From NCBI GenBank assembly GCA_022572885.1, contig JACZVC010000002.1, forward strand, positions 63,135-127,134: a stretch of DNA of 64,000 nt, in the 5' to 3' direction. The translations under genes and the position numbers were made by a program. Under the pieces are notes generated by a model. The model worked only from the letters and a program-made list of their open reading frames with translations, ran no database searches and had not been told where the DNA came from. Numbering within the stretch: position 1 is the first letter of the stretch; every line of letters starts with the position of its first letter. This document shows, in pieces, positions 1 through 11,636 of this stretch. This stretch comes from Pseudomonadota bacterium. GTDB taxonomy: Bacteria; Pseudomonadota; Gammaproteobacteria; Steroidobacterales; MnTg04.

Positions 1-412
1 GCGAAGAAACGACTGGATACTGACTCCGCACCCGGGCGAGGCGGCGCGGCTTCTCGAGACCGATGGCAAGGCGATACAGGCGGACAGGTTGGCGGCCGTG
101 CGGAGTTTGCAAGGGAAATATGGCGGCGTGGCTGTACTGAAAGGAGCCGGAACCCTGCTCAGCGATGGCAACGGCTCACCGGCATTATGCCGGTTCGGTA
201 ATCCCGGCATGGCCGTGCCCGGGATGGGCGATGTATTGACCGGTTTGATCGCAGGACTGCTGGCGCAAACGCGGGATACGATCCGCAGCGCCAGGGTGGG
301 TGTGCTGGTACATGCCCTGGCCGGCGATAACGCCAGCGGCAATGGCGAGCGCGGACTGGTGGCCGGCGATTTGATGGAGTGGATAAGAAAATGGGTAAAC
401 CCGAAAGCTTGA
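1..412 (+). CDS. nnrD: ADP-dependent NAD(P)H-hydrate dehydratase (YjeF/Nnr C-terminal domain); 5' end lies outside the window
   Basis: Frame 2 is open from the window edge. The translation ...LTPHPGEAARLL...VLKGAGTL...GNPGMAVPGMGDVLTGLIAGLLAQ fits YjeF C-terminal kinase-fold motifs. It sits directly upstream of tsaE, as in many bacteria. Confidence 0.8.
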   Translation, partial: RRNDWILTPHPGEAARLLETDGKAIQADRLAAVRSLQGKYGGVAVLKGAGTLLSDGNGSPALCRFGNPGMAVPGMGDVLTGLIAGLLAQTRDTIRSARVGVLVHALAGDNASGNGERGLVAGDLMEWIRKWVNPKA

Positions 413-873
413 GCTGGCAGCTGGCGAATGAGCAGGAAACGGAAGCAGCCGGCGCTTTGCTCGCTGATCGGCTCGCGCCGTTCACCGAGCCGATGTTGCT
501 GGGTCTGACTGGCTCGCTGGGTGCCGGGAAAACCACGCTGGCCAGGGGACTCCTCAAGGCTCTTGGCGTTAATGGGCGAATCAAAAGCCCGACATTCACG
601 CTGATCGAACCCTACGAGACGACGAGCGGCCCGGTTCACCACCTGGATCTTTATCGCCTGGATGACCCGGGTGAGCTGGAATTTCTGGGTCTGTCGGATT
701 TTCTCGATGAGCCCGGCCTGGTGCTGGTCGAATGGCCGGAAAAAGCGCCGGTGTTGATGAAACGCCTGGATTATCAGCTCGCGCTGGCCTTTTCGGGTGA
801 GCAAAGAACGCTGAGCATCACCGGTTCGGGCAAGGCCGCAAGCCGGATGCTGGCGTCGCTGCCGCCTTGGTGA
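379..873 (+). CDS. tsaE: tRNA t6A37 threonylcarbamoyl-transfer protein TsaE (YjeE ATPase)
   Basis: P-loop GSLGAGKTTLARGLLKALG and HHLDLYRL...LVEWPE motifs. Overlaps the nnrD 3' end. An alternative ATG exists at 391. Confidence 0.88.
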   Translation: MDKKMGKPESLSWQLANEQETEAAGALLADRLAPFTEPMLLGLTGSLGAGKTTLARGLLKALGVNGRIKSPTFTLIEPYETTSGPVHHLDLYRLDDPGELEFLGLSDFLDEPGLVLVEWPEKAPVLMKRLDYQLALAFSGEQRTLSITGSGKAASRMLASLPPW

Positions 874-1033
874 AATATGCGGGTTAGCATTGTCCGGCGA
901 TGAGCGTTTGCGGGAAGGACTTTAAAGATTAACGGTAATCTGATGTTTAATAACAAGAAAACATCAGAAAAAAGTTGAACAAAAAGAAAAACCGTTCTAG
1001 TGTTAGCCCAGACTTGAAAAGGGATTTTGCAAA

Positions 1034-2365
1034 ATGGGCTTCATCAGGGTCGCGTACAAGCTGATGATGGTTGTGTTGCTGGGTTTGTTCTGGGCTTCCC
1101 AGACCGTCGCAACCGTCAATATCCAGGGGATTCGCCTGTGGGCGGCGCCGGATAATACGCGCGTAGTTTTGGATCTGGACCGGTCCGCCGCGCACGATCT
1201 GATGATTCTTGAATCGCCCAACCGCGTGGTCATCGATATCGCCGGTGGGGCGCTGAACAAAGATTGGGTCCAGCTTCCTGCCGCTCAGGGCCTGGTTGCC
1301 AATATCCGCAGCGGACGCCGAAATGACGGCAGTCTGCGTATAGTGCTGGATGTCAGCGAGAAGGTGCGGCCTAAAAGTTTTTTGCTAAAACCAAACGAGA
1401 AATACGGTTACCGGCTGGTCATCGATCTGGTCGCGGCCAAAAAACAAAAACCGGTTCGCCAATTGAGCGCTGCAAACCTGCAGGGACGAGATGTCGTAAT
1501 CGCTATCGACGCGGGCCATGGTGGCGAGGATCCTGGTGCGCTTGGCCGCAGGGGTACGCGTGAAAAAGACGTAGTCCTGCAAATCGCCAGGCGCCTGGCA
1601 AGTAAAGTTGACGAACGGCCGGGTATGCGCGCTTTCCTGGTTCGCGATGGCGACTATTTTCTGCCTCTCGCAAAACGCATGGAAAAGGCTCGCCAGAAAA
1701 GAGCCGACTTGTTTATCTCGATACACGCAGATTCGTTTTCCAACCGCAAGGCTCGCGGCGCTTCGGTTTATGTGCTTTCGGAAAAAGGCGCCAGCGACGA
1801 GGCAGCCCGCCTCTTGGCCGAAAGAGAAAATGCTTCCGATCTGATTGGCGGGGTTTCACTGGCCGATAAAGACGATGTATTGGCTTCGGTATTGCTCGAC
1901 CTGTCTCAGTCATATGCGATCAGCGCCAGCATGAACGTGGCCGATAGTGTTCTGGAACAGTTGGGTGCTGTCGGTTTCGTGCACAAGCCAAAGATATTGC
2001 AAGCCAATTTCCTGGTGCTGAAATCACCCGATATCCCCTCCATACTGGTGGAAACCGCATTTATCTCCAATCCGCAGGAAGAAAAAAAGCTGCGTGACAA
2101 GGCCCACCAGGACAGGCTGGCGGGCGCTATCCTCAATGGCCTGGTGGTCTATCTGCATGCCAACCCGCCGGCAGGAACGCTGCTGGCGCGTGGCGATCTG
2201 CCAAACCCGAAACTGGAAACAGCGCATGTGATCCAGCGCGGGGATACCCTGAGCGGTATCGCCAGCCATTACCGGGTCTCGCTGCGCAAGCTGCGCGAGT
2301 ACAACAGCTTGGGTGGCGACCGCATCATGGTCGGCCAGGTCTTGCAGATTCCCATTCGTTACTGA
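1034..2365 (+). CDS. amiB: N-acetylmuramoyl-L-alanine amidase (AMIN + Amidase_3 + LysM)
   Basis: Has a signal peptide and an AMIN-like N-terminus (VNIQGIRLWAAPDNTRVVLDL). Amidase_3 core motifs are VIAIDAGHGGEDPGA and ISIHADS. C-terminal LysM is HVIQRGDTLSGIASHYRVSLRKLREYN. Its position upstream of mutL matches amiB-mutL synteny. Confidence 0.9.
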   Translation: MGFIRVAYKLMMVVLLGLFWASQTVATVNIQGIRLWAAPDNTRVVLDLDRSAAHDLMILESPNRVVIDIAGGALNKDWVQLPAAQGLVANIRSGRRNDGSLRIVLDVSEKVRPKSFLLKPNEKYGYRLVIDLVAAKKQKPVRQLSAANLQGRDVVIAIDAGHGGEDPGALGRRGTREKDVVLQIARRLASKVDERPGMRAFLVRDGDYFLPLAKRMEKARQKRADLFISIHADSFSNRKARGASVYVLSEKGASDEAARLLAERENASDLIGGVSLADKDDVLASVLLDLSQSYAISASMNVADSVLEQLGAVGFVHKPKILQANFLVLKSPDIPSILVETAFISNPQEEKKLRDKAHQDRLAGAILNGLVVYLHANPPAGTLLARGDLPNPKLETAHVIQRGDTLSGIASHYRVSLRKLREYNSLGGDRIMVGQVLQIPIRY

Positions 2366-2395
2366 ATCCGCTTATCGTCATATAATCCTTTTCAG

Positions 2396-2427
2396 ACGCG
2401 CCAGCCGGATTGGCAGCGTGTTTTTTT
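2396..2427 (+). terminator. Rho-independent terminator/attenuator between amiB and mutL
   Basis: ACGCGCCA-gccggat-TGGCaGCGT forms an 8-bp stem with one bulge, followed by G and a run of seven T. It ends 14 nt before the mutL ATG. Confidence 0.5.
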
Positions 2428-2440
2428 CAAAGGATGCCCG

Positions 2441-4195
2441 ATGACGATCAAAGAACTGCCCGCACAGTTGATCAACCAGATTGCTGCCGGCGAAGTCATC
2501 GAAAGGCCTGCGTCGGTAGTCAAGGAGTTGCTGGAAAACAGCCTGGACGCCGGTGCAGCCCATATAGAAATCGATATCGAAAAAGGCGGCGCCGGCCTGA
2601 TCCGCGTACGCGACGACGGCAGCGGTATTCCAGCGGAAGAATTGGCAATGGCGTTGGCGCGCCACACCACCAGCAAGATAGAAACGCTGGACGATCTCGA
2701 ACACATCGCAAGCCTGGGTTTTCGTGGTGAAGCCCTGCCCAGCATCGCGTCGGTCAGCCGGCTGCGATTGTCATCCAGGACAGGGGATTCCGATCGTGGC
2801 TGGCAATGTGAAGTACGCGACGGAAAAACATGTGCGCCGGCACCCCTGGCGCACAAACCGGGAACGACGGTTGAGGTGCGCGATCTTTTTTACAATACGC
2901 CCGCGCGCCGAAAGTTTTTACGCGCCGAACGGACCGAGTGGCAGCACATCGACCAACTGGTCCGGCGCGTCGCGTTGAGTCGGTTTTCGACGGGGTTTCA
3001 GATTCGCCACAATCGGCGAGATATCGCGCATTGGCCCGCGGCTGCCGGCGAGCAGGACCAACGCGGTCGGCTGGCGGCGATCTGCGGAGAAGGATTCGCG
3101 GCCAATATGCTGGAGATCGAGCACCAGTCCTCCGGTCTGTATTTGCGAGGCTGGGTAGCCCAGCCGACTTTTTCGCGCAGCCAGGCCGACCGGCAATACT
3201 TCTATGTCAACGGACGCATGATCCGTGACAAACTGGTCGCGCATGCCGTGCGCCAGGGATTTCAGGACGTCCTTTTCCATGGCCGCTATCCGGCCTTCGT
3301 GCTCTACCTGGAAATGGATCCGGCCGAGGTGGATGTCAATGCGCACCCGAGCAAGCACGAAGTGCGTTTCCGCGATAGCCGGCTGGTACACGACTTTGTT
3401 TTCCACAGCCTGCACAAACTGCTTTCCGGAACACGACCCGGTGGCGTCAGCGTACACGGGTCGGCGCCAAAACCGGCCGCCGTCGGTAGTGCTGGCGGTC
3501 GTGGCGCGCTCAGACAGGGCGGGCTGTCGTTGGGGACGGCGGATGCGGCCGCGGCGTACCAGGCCTTGTATGTTGCACCGGCGATCGACGATCCGGATCA
3601 AGACTTGGCAGATGCGCCGTTGGGATTCGCGCTTGCACAGTTGCGGGGCGTTTATATCCTGGCCGAAAACCGCGAGGGACTGGTGCTGGTCGATATGCAT
3701 GCGGCCCACGAGCGGATCACTTATGAGCGTCTCAAAAATTCGCTGGCGGACGGATCCTTGCAAGCTCAGCCACTGCTGGTGCCACAGAGAATTCGGGTAG
3801 CGGACGATGAAGTGGAACTGGCGATCCGTCATCGCGAGTTGTTCCAGGGTCTTGGGCTGGAAATCGATCGTGGTGGCCCGCAAAGCCTCGTATTGCGTCA
3901 AATACCGGTCATTTTGCAAGATGTCGATGCCGAAAAGCTGATCCGCGACGTGCTTGCCGATCTCCGCGAACACGGTCAAAGTCAGCGCATAGAGAATCTG
4001 CAAAACGAACTGCTGGCGACGATGGCCTGCCATCACTCGATCAGGGCCAACCGGCGACTGAGCATTCCGGAGATGAACGCGCTGCTGCGCGAAATGGAAC
4101 AGACCGAACGCAGCGATCAATGCAATCACGGGCGGCCTACCTGGACCAGCATCAGCATGGCCGAGCTGGATCGGTTGTTCCTGCGTGGCCAATGA
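2441..4195 (+). CDS. mutL: DNA mismatch repair protein MutL
   Basis: GHKL ATPase motifs IAAGEVIERPASVVKELLENSLDAGA and DDGSGI. The C-terminal dimerisation region ends ...RPTWTSISMAELDRLFLRGQ. Confidence 0.96.
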   Translation: MTIKELPAQLINQIAAGEVIERPASVVKELLENSLDAGAAHIEIDIEKGGAGLIRVRDDGSGIPAEELAMALARHTTSKIETLDDLEHIASLGFRGEALPSIASVSRLRLSSRTGDSDRGWQCEVRDGKTCAPAPLAHKPGTTVEVRDLFYNTPARRKFLRAERTEWQHIDQLVRRVALSRFSTGFQIRHNRRDIAHWPAAAGEQDQRGRLAAICGEGFAANMLEIEHQSSGLYLRGWVAQPTFSRSQADRQYFYVNGRMIRDKLVAHAVRQGFQDVLFHGRYPAFVLYLEMDPAEVDVNAHPSKHEVRFRDSRLVHDFVFHSLHKLLSGTRPGGVSVHGSAPKPAAVGSAGGRGALRQGGLSLGTADAAAAYQALYVAPAIDDPDQDLADAPLGFALAQLRGVYILAENREGLVLVDMHAAHERITYERLKNSLADGSLQAQPLLVPQRIRVADDEVELAIRHRELFQGLGLEIDRGGPQSLVLRQIPVILQDVDAEKLIRDVLADLREHGQSQRIENLQNELLATMACHHSIRANRRLSIPEMNALLREMEQTERSDQCNHGRPTWTSISMAELDRLFLRGQ

Positions 4196-5142
4196 GCCGG
4201 CCCGCGCAACGTTCCCCGGCATTGATGCTGATGGGGCCGACGGCCACCGGCAAGACCGCGGCCGTCATCGAACTGGCGAAACAGCTGCCTTTGGAAATTA
4301 TCAGCGTGGATTCGGCGATGGTTTATCGTGGGCTGGATATCGGTACGGCCAAGCCGCCGCTCGCCGAAAGGGCCGGCGTGACGCACCACCTGATCGATAT
4401 CCGCGACCCAGCGGAGATTTACTCGGCCGGTGAGTTCAGGCGCGATGCGCTTGGGCTGATGGACGAAATCGGCAACCGTGGTCGGCTGCCGGTACTGGTG
4501 GGCGGGACCATGCTGTATTTCAATGTGCTGTTACATGGTCTGGCTGATTTGCCGGGGGCTGACGCGGAGATTCGAAGGTCATTGGACGCTGAGGCTGAAA
4601 GGGTTGGTTGGCCAGAAATGCATCGCCGCCTGGTTGGCATAGACCCGGACGCAGCGGCAAAAATTCGTGAAAACGATGCCCAGAGAATTCAGCGCGCGCT
4701 CGAAGTTTTTAGAATCAGCGGCCGAACCATCAGTTCGTTCCATCGTCAAACGGCGGAAGAGCCCGTTGCAAATTTTCTGAAAATCGCTTTGTGGCCTGAG
4801 GATCGTGAGCGTTTGGCGAGAAAAATTGGCGAGCGTTTCGACCAGATGATGGCGCAGGGTTTGCTGGGTGAAGTCGAATCTTTGTATCAGCGCGATGAGT
4901 TGCATGCCGATCTGCCGGCAATGCGCTGTGTGGGTTATCGCCAGCTCTGGCAACACCTTGCCGGTGAGACTGAACTGCAACAGGCGGTCGAGAATGCGAA
5001 AGTGGCTACCCGGCGGCTGGCCAAACGGCAGTTGACCTGGCTGCGCGCAGATCAGGATGTGAAAAGGGTCTCGGCCCTTGAAGGATCACGGTTGGCCCCC
5101 ATAAACAGGCTGTTGGAGCGCTGGCTGAAAAATCAGCGGTAA
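4192..5142 (+). CDS. miaA: tRNA dimethylallyltransferase MiaA
   Basis: P-loop LMGPTATGKTA lies just after the ATG at 4192. That ATG overlaps the mutL stop (ATGA). The longer ORF from 4120 would overlap mutL by 76 nt. Confidence 0.93.
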   Translation: MSRPAQRSPALMLMGPTATGKTAAVIELAKQLPLEIISVDSAMVYRGLDIGTAKPPLAERAGVTHHLIDIRDPAEIYSAGEFRRDALGLMDEIGNRGRLPVLVGGTMLYFNVLLHGLADLPGADAEIRRSLDAEAERVGWPEMHRRLVGIDPDAAAKIRENDAQRIQRALEVFRISGRTISSFHRQTAEEPVANFLKIALWPEDRERLARKIGERFDQMMAQGLLGEVESLYQRDELHADLPAMRCVGYRQLWQHLAGETELQQAVENAKVATRRLAKRQLTWLRADQDVKRVSALEGSRLAPINRLLERWLKNQR

Positions 5143-5261
5143 GCCGCTGCCACTGTGCTAAAATTTGTGTAGGCGTCCGGATATTCACCCGCTTTGCGAC
5201 TGGCGGTCGGGCGCACAAGGGAAGAAAAACATTAAACCCTTGAATAATAAGGAGAAAAATA

Positions 5262-5552
5262 ATGGCCAAGGGGCAATCATTACAAGATCCTTTCTTGAAC
5301 GCCCTGCGTAAGGAAAGGGTGCCAGTGTCCATTTACCTGGTAAACGGTATCAAACTACAAGGTCAGATTGATTCTTTCGACCAGTTTGTTGTGCTGCTGC
5401 GCAACAGCGTGAATCAGATGGTTTATAAACACGCGATTTCGACCGTGGTGCCGGCTCGCAACGTCAAGCTACCGATGAGCGACGAGCATGCGGCCAGCGG
5501 CGGCGATCGCGCGGCTGACAGTGACACAAGGGAGGCCGGCCCGTCAGAATGA
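5262..5552 (+). CDS. hfq: RNA chaperone Hfq
   Basis: [48 protein letters not shown]...YKHAIS contains Sm1/Sm2. A strong RBS (aaggag) lies upstream. Confidence 0.98.
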   Translation: MAKGQSLQDPFLNALRKERVPVSIYLVNGIKLQGQIDSFDQFVVLLRNSVNQMVYKHAISTVVPARNVKLPMSDEHAASGGDRAADSDTREAGPSE

Positions 5553-5570
5553 GCAGTATGCAGAAATACT

Positions 5571-6905
5571 TTGATTGACCGTCCACGATCGGGTGAAAAA
5601 GCCTGTCTGATTTACGTAGGCCTCGGTAAATCGCTTACCGACCACGATATCGATGAATTCAGGGCGCTGGCCGAATCCGCCGGCGCGATCGTCGTCGATG
5701 AACTCAAGATCAACAAGGTCTCACCGGCTTCCCGATACCTGCTCGGTTCAGGGAAGGTGGAGGAAATCCTTAACGCAGTCAAAGCCACCGGCGCCGAACT
5801 CGTTTTGTTTGGGGTAGCCCTCAGACCATCGCAGGAAAGAAACCTGGAAAAAGCGATCGAATGCCGCGTGCTGGATCGTACCGGCCTGATTCTGGATATT
5901 TTTGCCAGCCGCGCGCGCAGTTCGGAAGGTAAACTGCAAGTTGAACTGGCGCAGCTCCGGCATTTGTCGACCCGCCTGGTTCGCGGCTGGACTCATCTGG
6001 AAAGGCAAAAAGGCGGTATCGGCCTGCGCGGACCCGGCGAAACCCAGCTGGAGACGGATCGACGTTTGCTGGCTGTCCGGATAAAGCAATTGCGCAGACG
6101 CCTCGAAAAAGTCCGTAACAGACGCGCAATGAGCAGGCGCAACCGCAAGCGATCGGGAGTGCCGACCGTTGCATTGGTTGGCTATACCAATGCCGGCAAA
6201 TCAACGCTCTTCAACGCGCTGACCGCGGAGGCCGTTTACACCGCGGATCAATTGTTTGCGACCCTCGATCCGACGATGCGTCGCTATCGACTCGGCCGCT
6301 CGGGAGATATCGTGCTGGCGGATACGGTCGGTTTCGTGGGTGATCTGCCGCACGAACTGGTCGCCGCTTTCCGCTCTACGTTGCTGGAAACGCGCGAGGC
6401 TGATTTGCTTTTGCATATCATCGATGCGGCGGACCCGTGGCGCGATGAGAAAGAGCGGGCTGTCAACGAGGTACTGGAGGAGATCGGCGCTGGTCGAGTG
6501 CCGCAAATCAGGGTTTTTAACAAGATTGACCTGTCGGGGCAGCCGGCGAGGCTGGACAGCTCCGGCGAAGGCGATAAGGCCAGGGTGTGGCTGTCATCGG
6601 TCAGCGGTGAAGGATTGGATTTGCTGGCAAAGTCCCTGCAGCTTCATTTTAGGAGTAGGCTCGTACACGGCGTGCTCGAGTTGGCCGCGGACCAGGCCGG
6701 CGTGCGGGCCCGCCTCTACGAGCTGCAGGGCGTGGTGGCGGAATGCAGTCTTGACGATGGTGGTTGCAGGCTGGAAATCAGGTTGCCGAGGATCGAATTG
6801 GAACGATTGTGCAAGCAACAGGAGCTCGATCCGGGTTGCCTGGAGATTTTTTCTTGTGAACCGAACGAAGGCTTTCTACAATTGCGCGCCGGTAACGTGC
6901 GCTAA
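5571..6905 (+). CDS. hflX: GTPase HflX
   Basis: G1 GYTNAGKSTLFNALT, G3 DTVGF, G4 NKIDL. TTG start at 5571 gives MIDRPRSGEKA..., typical of HflX N-termini. Confidence 0.93.
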   Translation: MIDRPRSGEKACLIYVGLGKSLTDHDIDEFRALAESAGAIVVDELKINKVSPASRYLLGSGKVEEILNAVKATGAELVLFGVALRPSQERNLEKAIECRVLDRTGLILDIFASRARSSEGKLQVELAQLRHLSTRLVRGWTHLERQKGGIGLRGPGETQLETDRRLLAVRIKQLRRRLEKVRNRRAMSRRNRKRSGVPTVALVGYTNAGKSTLFNALTAEAVYTADQLFATLDPTMRRYRLGRSGDIVLADTVGFVGDLPHELVAAFRSTLLETREADLLLHIIDAADPWRDEKERAVNEVLEEIGAGRVPQIRVFNKIDLSGQPARLDSSGEGDKARVWLSSVSGEGLDLLAKSLQLHFRSRLVHGVLELAADQAGVRARLYELQGVVAECSLDDGGCRLEIRLPRIELERLCKQQELDPGCLEIFSCEPNEGFLQLRAGNVR

Positions 6906-6927
6906 CAGAATTCAGGAGTGATGTGGT

Positions 6928-8049
6928 ATGGCTTGGAATGACTCTGGAAATGGCAAGAGTCCATGGAACCAGGGCCCCGATCAGGGTCCGCCGGATCTGG
7001 ACGAAGTTGTAAAAAAGATGCAGGAACGCCTGGGCAGTTTGTTCGGCGGCGGTGGCGGTGGCGATGGCAGTGGCAATAAACCCGGTGGCTTCAGCCTTGG
7101 CTTTATTGCGGCGCTGATACTGGGCGCCTTGTTGGCGACTGGATTTTACAAGATCAATGCGCCGGAGCAGGGCGTCGTCATGCGTTTTGGCCAGTATCTG
7201 ACCACGACCCTGCCAGGATTGCACTGGCGGATTCCACTGATCGATGAAGTCGTCAAAGTCAACATCGCCAGTACCGAGGAGTACGATCACCAGACCCAGA
7301 TGCTGACCGCCGATGAGAATATCGTTTCCATCGAATTGTCGGTACAGTATCGGCGCAGCGATGCCAAGGCCTGGGCCTTCAATGTCAGAGATCCAGCTCT
7401 GTCTCTTTCCGAAGTCAGCCAGAGCGCGATTCGCGAAGTGGTGGGCACCAGCAGCGCGCAAATGGTCATGGGTTTCGGCCGGGCCGAGATTGTGGACAGA
7501 ACCAAGGCGCTGTTGCAAAAAACGCTGGATCAGTATGGCACCGGTATCCAAATCATGGTCGTCAACCTGGTGAACGCGACCCCGCCGGCCCAGGTCCAGG
7601 CAGCGGTGGATGACGCGACCCGGGCGCGCGAAGACCATGAACGTATGATTCTCGAAGCGGAATCCTACGAAAACGATATCCTGCCCAGGGCCCGCGGCGA
7701 AGCGGTCAGGCAGATTCAGGATGCCGAAGGACACAAGGCCCGCGTGGTGGCGGATGCCGAAGGCGAAACCAGCCGTTTCCTGGCCCTGCTGGGCGAGTAT
7801 CGCCGGGCGCCGGAGGTGACCAGGAAACGACTTTACCTGGAAACGATCCAGGAAGTTTACGGCTCGGTCAGCAAGGTATTTATCGACGCGGCCGGCAGCG
7901 GGAGCCTGCTTTACCTGCCGGTGGACAAACTCATAGAGCAGCGCCGTCAGGGAGTGAGCGGCTCGATCGGTTTCGGTCCTGCGGCAGAAAGCAGCGGTCA
8001 GCCTTCGCAACGGGATGCCGAACGGACCAGCGGGAGGACACGGCGATGA
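6928..8049 (+). CDS. hflK: FtsH protease modulator HflK (SPFH/band-7)
   Basis: Gly-rich N-terminus, one TM and an SPFH domain. Sits in the hflX-hflK-hflC order. Confidence 0.93.
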   Translation: MAWNDSGNGKSPWNQGPDQGPPDLDEVVKKMQERLGSLFGGGGGGDGSGNKPGGFSLGFIAALILGALLATGFYKINAPEQGVVMRFGQYLTTTLPGLHWRIPLIDEVVKVNIASTEEYDHQTQMLTADENIVSIELSVQYRRSDAKAWAFNVRDPALSLSEVSQSAIREVVGTSSAQMVMGFGRAEIVDRTKALLQKTLDQYGTGIQIMVVNLVNATPPAQVQAAVDDATRAREDHERMILEAESYENDILPRARGEAVRQIQDAEGHKARVVADAEGETSRFLALLGEYRRAPEVTRKRLYLETIQEVYGSVSKVFIDAAGSGSLLYLPVDKLIEQRRQGVSGSIGFGPAAESSGQPSQRDAERTSGRTRR

Positions 8050-8915
8050 ATTTTAAAGGAATTGGCAGCGTCATCGCGTTGCTGGTCGCTGCGATGGTTG
8101 CCAGCATGTCTTTCTTTACGGTCTCGGAAACCAAACTGGCGCTGAAGCTCCGCTTCGGTGAAATCATCAAAGCCGACTATGATCCGGGCCTGCATTTCAA
8201 GTGGCCGATCGACAACGTCTTAAAGTTCGAAAAGCGCCTGATGACGGTCGACACACGGCCGACGCGGTTTTTGACCGGCGGCACGAAGTACGTGCTAATC
8301 GATTTTTTTGTCAAATGGCGCATCATCGATGTCGATCTTTTCTATCGAGCTACCGGAGGCAGCGAGCCGGTTGCGGTCACGCGCCTGCTTTCGATCGTTA
8401 CCGACGGCCTGCGCAAGGCGGTTGCGGAGAGAAGCATCAAGCAACTGGTTTCCGCCGAGCGCTCTGATTTCATGGAGGGCATGCTGATCTCCACCACGGA
8501 AATTGCGTCGGAACTGGGTATCGATTTGATCGATGTGCGGGTCAAGCGTATCGATCTGCCCGATGAAGTCAGCGGCTCGGTGTTCGAGCGCATGCGGCAA
8601 GAGAGAGTCCGTATCGCCAAGCAACTCAGGGCCGAAGGCGCGGAGCGTTCCGAGGAAATCAAATCGAATGCCGATCGCGAAAGAACCATTCTGCTGGCCG
8701 CGGCTTACAAACAGTCGGAAATCACCCGTGGTGAGGGAGACGCCGAGGCCGCTGCGATTTATGCCGATGCCTACAGTCAGGATGCGGAGTTTTATTCTTT
8801 CCACCGCAGTCTGCAGGCGTATCGCTCCGCTTTCAGAGGACACGGCGACCTGCTGGTCCTGGACCCGGATAGCGAGTTTTTCAATTATCTGAAATCATCC
8901 GACGGCAAAAAATAA
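8046..8915 (+). CDS. hflC: FtsH protease modulator HflC (SPFH/band-7)
   Basis: ATGA overlap with the hflK stop. N-terminal TM plus SPFH domain. Confidence 0.93.
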   Translation: MNFKGIGSVIALLVAAMVASMSFFTVSETKLALKLRFGEIIKADYDPGLHFKWPIDNVLKFEKRLMTVDTRPTRFLTGGTKYVLIDFFVKWRIIDVDLFYRATGGSEPVAVTRLLSIVTDGLRKAVAERSIKQLVSAERSDFMEGMLISTTEIASELGIDLIDVRVKRIDLPDEVSGSVFERMRQERVRIAKQLRAEGAERSEEIKSNADRERTILLAAAYKQSEITRGEGDAEAAAIYADAYSQDAEFYSFHRSLQAYRSAFRGHGDLLVLDPDSEFFNYLKSSDGKK

Positions 8916-8942
8916 GCCCTGGATTCATTCGGGAACTGACAG

Positions 8943-9131
8943 ATGCAGTGGTCGGATTTGCTGACGGCGTTCGCGCTGGTCCTGGTGATCGAGGGCCTGC
9001 TGCCTTTTGCCAACCCACGATCGGCGCAACGGCTATACCAGCAGTTGTCGACGGCTCCGGTAGAGTTCTTAAGACGCATCGGCCTGATCAGTATCGTCCT
9101 GGGTTTGCTGATTCTCTACCTGGTGAGATAA
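8943..9131 (+). CDS. DUF2065-family small membrane protein (YjeT-like)
   Basis: 62 aa with two hydrophobic helices. Occupies the conserved hflC-yjeT-purA position. Confidence 0.75.
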   Translation: MQWSDLLTAFALVLVIEGLLPFANPRSAQRLYQQLSTAPVEFLRRIGLISIVLGLLILYLVR

Positions 9132-11529
<2,398 letters not shown>

Positions 11530-11636
11530 GGCTGGCCCTTTGTTTATTGACGAGGTCTCGGCCTGTAGGGCAGACCGTTTCACTTTGCCATGCCAATCAT
11601 ACGCAGGCCATGCGGACGGGAAAAGCCGGCTGTGGA

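Noticed and set aside
940-967. 9-bp hairpin (CTGATGTTT...AAACATCAG) in the AT-rich tsaE-amiB spacer, considered as a terminator
   Set aside because: It is followed by an A-run rather than a T-run on the plus strand, and there is no T-run on the minus strand. It may be regulatory, but a terminator call is unsupported.
4120-4191. Longer miaA start (ORF-track ATG at 4120)
   Set aside because: It would overlap mutL by 76 nt and add a non-conserved N-terminus. The ATG at 4192 gives the standard P-loop-proximal start and an ATGA coupling junction.
2918-4222. 434-aa ORF on the minus strand
   Set aside because: It is fully antisense to mutL, whose product has unmistakable homology. The translation is Arg/Ala/Pro/Gln-rich with no motifs, which is the typical shadow ORF of GC-rich DNA.
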